This document shows positions 32,824 to 35,021 of a stretch of DNA of 35,021 nt, one piece after another. How positions within the stretch are numbered: position 1 is the first letter of the stretch; each line of letters begins with the position of its first letter. The stretch is from a virus. Where the stretch lies: IMG/VR virus record IMGVR_UViG_3300049195_000059. One strand, written 5' to 3'. The position numbers and the translations under genes were made by a program. The notes under the pieces are model-generated. The model was not told where the DNA came from. It worked only from the letters and a program-made list of their open reading frames with translations, and did no database searches.

Positions 32824-33338
32824 GCTGCAGGCGGGATGGCGGGCGTTAGCACCGCGCCAGGCGCTTCGCTCTCCACCAGCAGTTCGGCATTGCCAAAGCC
32901 CTGCAGGAATGATGCATCGACGCCGGCGAAGGCATCAGCAAAGTCCGGTTCGGGAGGATGCTCGACATCATAGCCGCTGCCGTCGGCGCGGGGCAGAACC
33001 AGCACGGTCTCCGTAAGGTCGATCGAGATCTCGATATCGGACGTGTCGCCGTCGAGCAGTTCGGCTTCGAAGCTGAAAGGCTGGGCATCGGTGCGGCGCA
33101 GCAGCTGTGGCTGCTCCTTCTCGATCCATGCCAGCACCGGAACCATGATCCGGTCGGCATCGCAGGCGAAGTCCGTCAGCAGCACCTTGAGCGTATAGCC
33201 ATAGGCGAATGACGGCGTCGCGGATCGTCGGGTGTTGATCGATCCCGCCTCGACATAGATCTGCAGGCGGTCGGGATGCGTCTTCAGGTCAGGGATAAAG
33301 GCGGTGAGCCACCGCCGCAAGCTGTCGGCCTTGCGCAT
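32820..33338 (-). CDS. R: Tail completion protein R
   Basis: MRKADSLRRWLTAFIPDLKTHPDRLQIYVEAGSI...LLTDFACDADRIMVPVLAWIEKEQP parallels P2 gpR MLKPDSLRRALT...VTDFTGDFDLLIVPVLAWLREN. Confidence 0.88.
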   Translation of the reverse strand: MRKADSLRRWLTAFIPDLKTHPDRLQIYVEAGSINTRRSATPSFAYGYTLKVLLTDFACDADRIMVPVLAWIEKEQPQLLRRTDAQPFSFEAELLDGDTSDIEISIDLTETVLVLPRADGSGYDVEHPPEPDFADAFAGVDASFLQGFGNAELLVESEAPGAVLTPAIPPAA

Positions 33339-33340
33339 CG

Positions 33341-33631
33341 TCAATCCGCCTGTGCGTTCGCCATGCGGGCCTGCGCCTGCAGTTCGATCAGGGTCGCGCG
33401 GATCTGGCCTGCGACGTCATAGATGCTGGCCAGGCTCCCATGACATTGCGCGCCGGTCATCTCGCCGGTTTCAGTCCGCTGCACCCTGGGCAATGGGGCG
33501 GGTGTCGCCAGCAATGCCCCAGAGATCTTCGCTGTTGGCCGTGGCGGCTGCGCGGTCGAGCAGGCCGACGCCATCAGCATCGACGCAGACGCTGCGATAA
33601 ACCGGGCGCTCAATGACCTTCTGGCTTTCAT
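33341..33631 (-). CDS. o-spanin candidate (LysC/Rz1-like lipoprotein). It is overlapped with the i-spanin gene in another frame.
   Basis: The internal ATG at 33631 gives MKARRSLSARFIAASASMLMASAC|STAQPPRPTAK.... This has a signal peptide, a lipobox-like Cys and a Pro-rich mature part. It is 96 aa. It starts inside the i-spanin gene and ends beyond it. Confidence 0.6.
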   Translation of the reverse strand: MKARRSLSARFIAASASMLMASACSTAQPPRPTAKISGALLATPAPLPRVQRTETGEMTGAQCHGSLASIYDVAGQIRATLIELQAQARMANAQAD

Positions 33632-33866
33632 GGTAGATTTCCCTGACACTGCCCTGCCGGGCATATTCCTTGACCTGGGCGGCCTCGGACGAGGCGTCCA
33701 GCTTGCCCTGCAGCTTCTTGCGTTCTGTTTCCCGCGCATCCTCTGCGCGCTTCTGCGAAGCCTGCTCCTGCGCGATGCCGACGCTTGTGCCGTAGAAGAA
33801 GCCGCCAATCCCTGCCGCGCAGGCGGCGAGCGCTGCGGCCATGGCGAGGTGCGATTTCCCGATCAT
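33471..33866 (-). CDS. i-spanin candidate (LysB/Rz-like)
   Basis: 131 aa. It has an N-terminal TM segment (LAMAAALAACAAGIGGFFYG) followed by a charged helical region. It follows the endolysin with an ATGA overlap. Confidence 0.65.
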   Translation of the reverse strand: MIGKSHLAMAAALAACAAGIGGFFYGTSVGIAQEQASQKRAEDARETERKKLQGKLDASSEAAQVKEYARQGSVREIYHESQKVIERPVYRSVCVDADGVGLLDRAAATANSEDLWGIAGDTRPIAQGAAD

Positions 33867-34315
33867 GCCAGCAGCCCCTTGAAATAGGACCGACGCGAAT
33901 AGGTCAGCACGTCGTGGCGCAGGCGGCCTTCCCGATAGCTGACGTGGATCCAGCCGCTGTTGGGCTGGCCGCGCGTGTAATTTTCAAGGATCAGCTGATC
34001 AAAGGGCAGGTGGTCACGGATGAAGGTTGCCACCGTCACATTGTCGATGCCGGGGATTTCGAGATCCGCGGCTTCGCCTTGGGCGTGCTGGCTTGTCGAG
34101 GAAGATCCCACGGCGAGGCAGAGCTTGATCGAGCGGAAGCCCGACGTGACGCGGACAGGCTGGCCGAAATGGGCGCGCAGCGGTTCCAGCACCTTGGCGC
34201 AGAGCAGCTGCATCGCCGCGATCTGACGGGCACCGGGAGTGTTGGCGATTCCCTGCGCCTTCGCGGTTGCGGACGCGGTGAGTTCGGCCAGGCTGAAGTT
34301 TGGCGACAGCTGCAT
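33863..34315 (-). CDS. Endolysin, peptidase M15 (M15A/M15_3) family
   Basis: LSPNFSLAELT..., SGFRS, SQHAQGEAADL and GWIHVSY are the zinc-ligand and substrate motifs of M15 D-Ala-D-Ala carboxypeptidase-like lysins. Confidence 0.85.
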   Translation of the reverse strand: MQLSPNFSLAELTASATAKAQGIANTPGARQIAAMQLLCAKVLEPLRAHFGQPVRVTSGFRSIKLCLAVGSSSTSQHAQGEAADLEIPGIDNVTVATFIRDHLPFDQLILENYTRGQPNSGWIHVSYREGRLRHDVLTYSRRSYFKGLLA

Positions 34316-34318
34316 GGA

Positions 34319-34651
34319 TCAGTCCTTTTTGGGCAGAAAGCGGTCGACGAGGCGGCCCGGAACGCTGACCAGCTTATCGGTGATCTCGCGCGCCAGTCGG
34401 GGCGTGGCGTCTACCGCGATCAAGGCGATGCCGAAGGCGATGGACTGAGCGACGAAGCCGCCCCAGCCCGTCAGGGCAATCACGGCTAGCATGGCGTAGT
34501 AGCTGACGGTCGATCCCACGACCCACTGCAGGAATCGCTGACGGAAGGGCAGCGCCGGCTTCCAAGCCTGCGCGACAGCCGAGCCGATCAGCGAAGGGGT
34601 GAGCGAGCCGATCAATTCGGCGGCGGATTCCAGAAGGTGGCGCAGGTCCAT
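34319..34651 (-). CDS. Holin candidate
   Basis: 110 aa with hydrophobic segments (VVGSTVSYYAMLAVIALTGWGGFVAQSIAFGIALIAV) and a charged C-terminus. It sits between X and the endolysin, like P2 gene Y. Confidence 0.6.
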   Translation of the reverse strand: MDLRHLLESAAELIGSLTPSLIGSAVAQAWKPALPFRQRFLQWVVGSTVSYYAMLAVIALTGWGGFVAQSIAFGIALIAVDATPRLAREITDKLVSVPGRLVDRFLPKKD

Positions 34652-34654
34652 GGA

Positions 34655-34879
34655 TCAATCCCAAAGCTGGATGAGGGGGCGGACGCGGGTGGCGTTCGCA
34701 TCGGCGGTGGCGGGCACTGTGACGATCGTGCCGAGCGGTAGGATGGGGCCGAGGTCCGCAAGGCCGGGATTGGCGTCGAGCACGCGCGTCAGTTCGCTGG
34801 GACCAAGCCCGGCATCACGCCAAAGCATCAGATCCAGCTTGTCACCGGATCGGGCAACCAGGCGGCGCTCCTCGGACAT
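34655..34879 (-). CDS. X: Tail protein X (LysM-like)
   Basis: 74 aa. DKLDLMLWRDAG...VLDANPGLADLGPILPLGTIVTVP is the gpX pattern. Confidence 0.85.
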   Translation of the reverse strand: MSEERRLVARSGDKLDLMLWRDAGLGPSELTRVLDANPGLADLGPILPLGTIVTVPATADANATRVRPLIQLWD

Positions 34880-35021
34880 CAGATGAGGTCCACCAAGGTG
34901 CGGCTGCGGCCGAGCATGTCGCGGATCGCGTGCAGGGCATCCCGGCGCAAGTCGCCGATCGATGCACTGAGTTCGTCGGCCTGGTTGCCGCCCGCTGCCG
35001 TCGTGTCAAAATCGCGGTGCC
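34879..35021 (-). CDS. L: 3' end of head completion gene L. Bases 34895-35021 duplicate window bases 1-127.
   Basis: It reads ...DMLGRSRTLVDLI* with the TGA at 34879-34881 overlapping the X start codon. It is the same reading frame as feature 1-467 across the junction. Confidence 0.85.
   Translation of the reverse strand, partial: HRDFDTTAAGGNQADELSASIGDLRRDALHAIRDMLGRSRTLVDLI
34895..35021. repeat. Terminal direct repeat, identical to 1-127
   Basis: Exact 127-bp identity with the start of the window. Confidence 0.95.

Overview
The window is a complete, circularly assembled, high-GC genome of a temperate P2-like myovirus. Bases 1-127 are identical to 34895-35021, so the unique length is 34,894 bp. 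The host is probably an alphaproteobacterium, because the phage encodes a GapR/DUF2312 homologue.

The whole P2 structural and lysis gene set is recognisable. Portal Q and terminase P are on the + strand. On the - strand are scaffold O, capsid N, small terminase M, head completion L (which spans the circular junction), X, holin, M15 endolysin, overlapped spanins, R and S. These are followed by J-I-H-G, then V-W, FI-FII, E/E' (with the P2-type TTTTTTG -1 frameshift), T, U and D. A P2-like cos sequence lies about 200 bp past the portal stop.

The non-structural half is not P2-like. It has a P4-type tyrosine integrase with an AlpA-like excisionase. A 907-aa zinc-ribbon/TOPRIM/P-loop primase-helicase takes the place of gpA. 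There is an Ogr/Delta-type zinc-finger activator and a divergent repressor/Cro-like switch with repeated operators. There are also two orphan adenine methyltransferases and many small, translationally coupled early genes.

The most interesting points are:
- a perfectly conserved 27-33 bp palindrome (TGT-N13-ACA core) present three times, each just upstream of a late operon; these are probably the Ogr-type activator sites;
- a cluster of TGTTGCAC-like iterons next to cos, a candidate origin for the P4-alpha-like primase-helicase;
- an AT-rich single-gene cargo island between cos and attP, at the position of the P2 old/tin defence hotspot;
- a zinc-ribbon/TM/OB-fold moron after gene D;
- a methylase-containing insertion that splits the baseplate module;
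- a candidate attP core resembling a tRNA-Ser 3' end, flanked by TATGGT arm repeats.

All functional calls come from reading the translations and from remembered family motifs. No database search was run.
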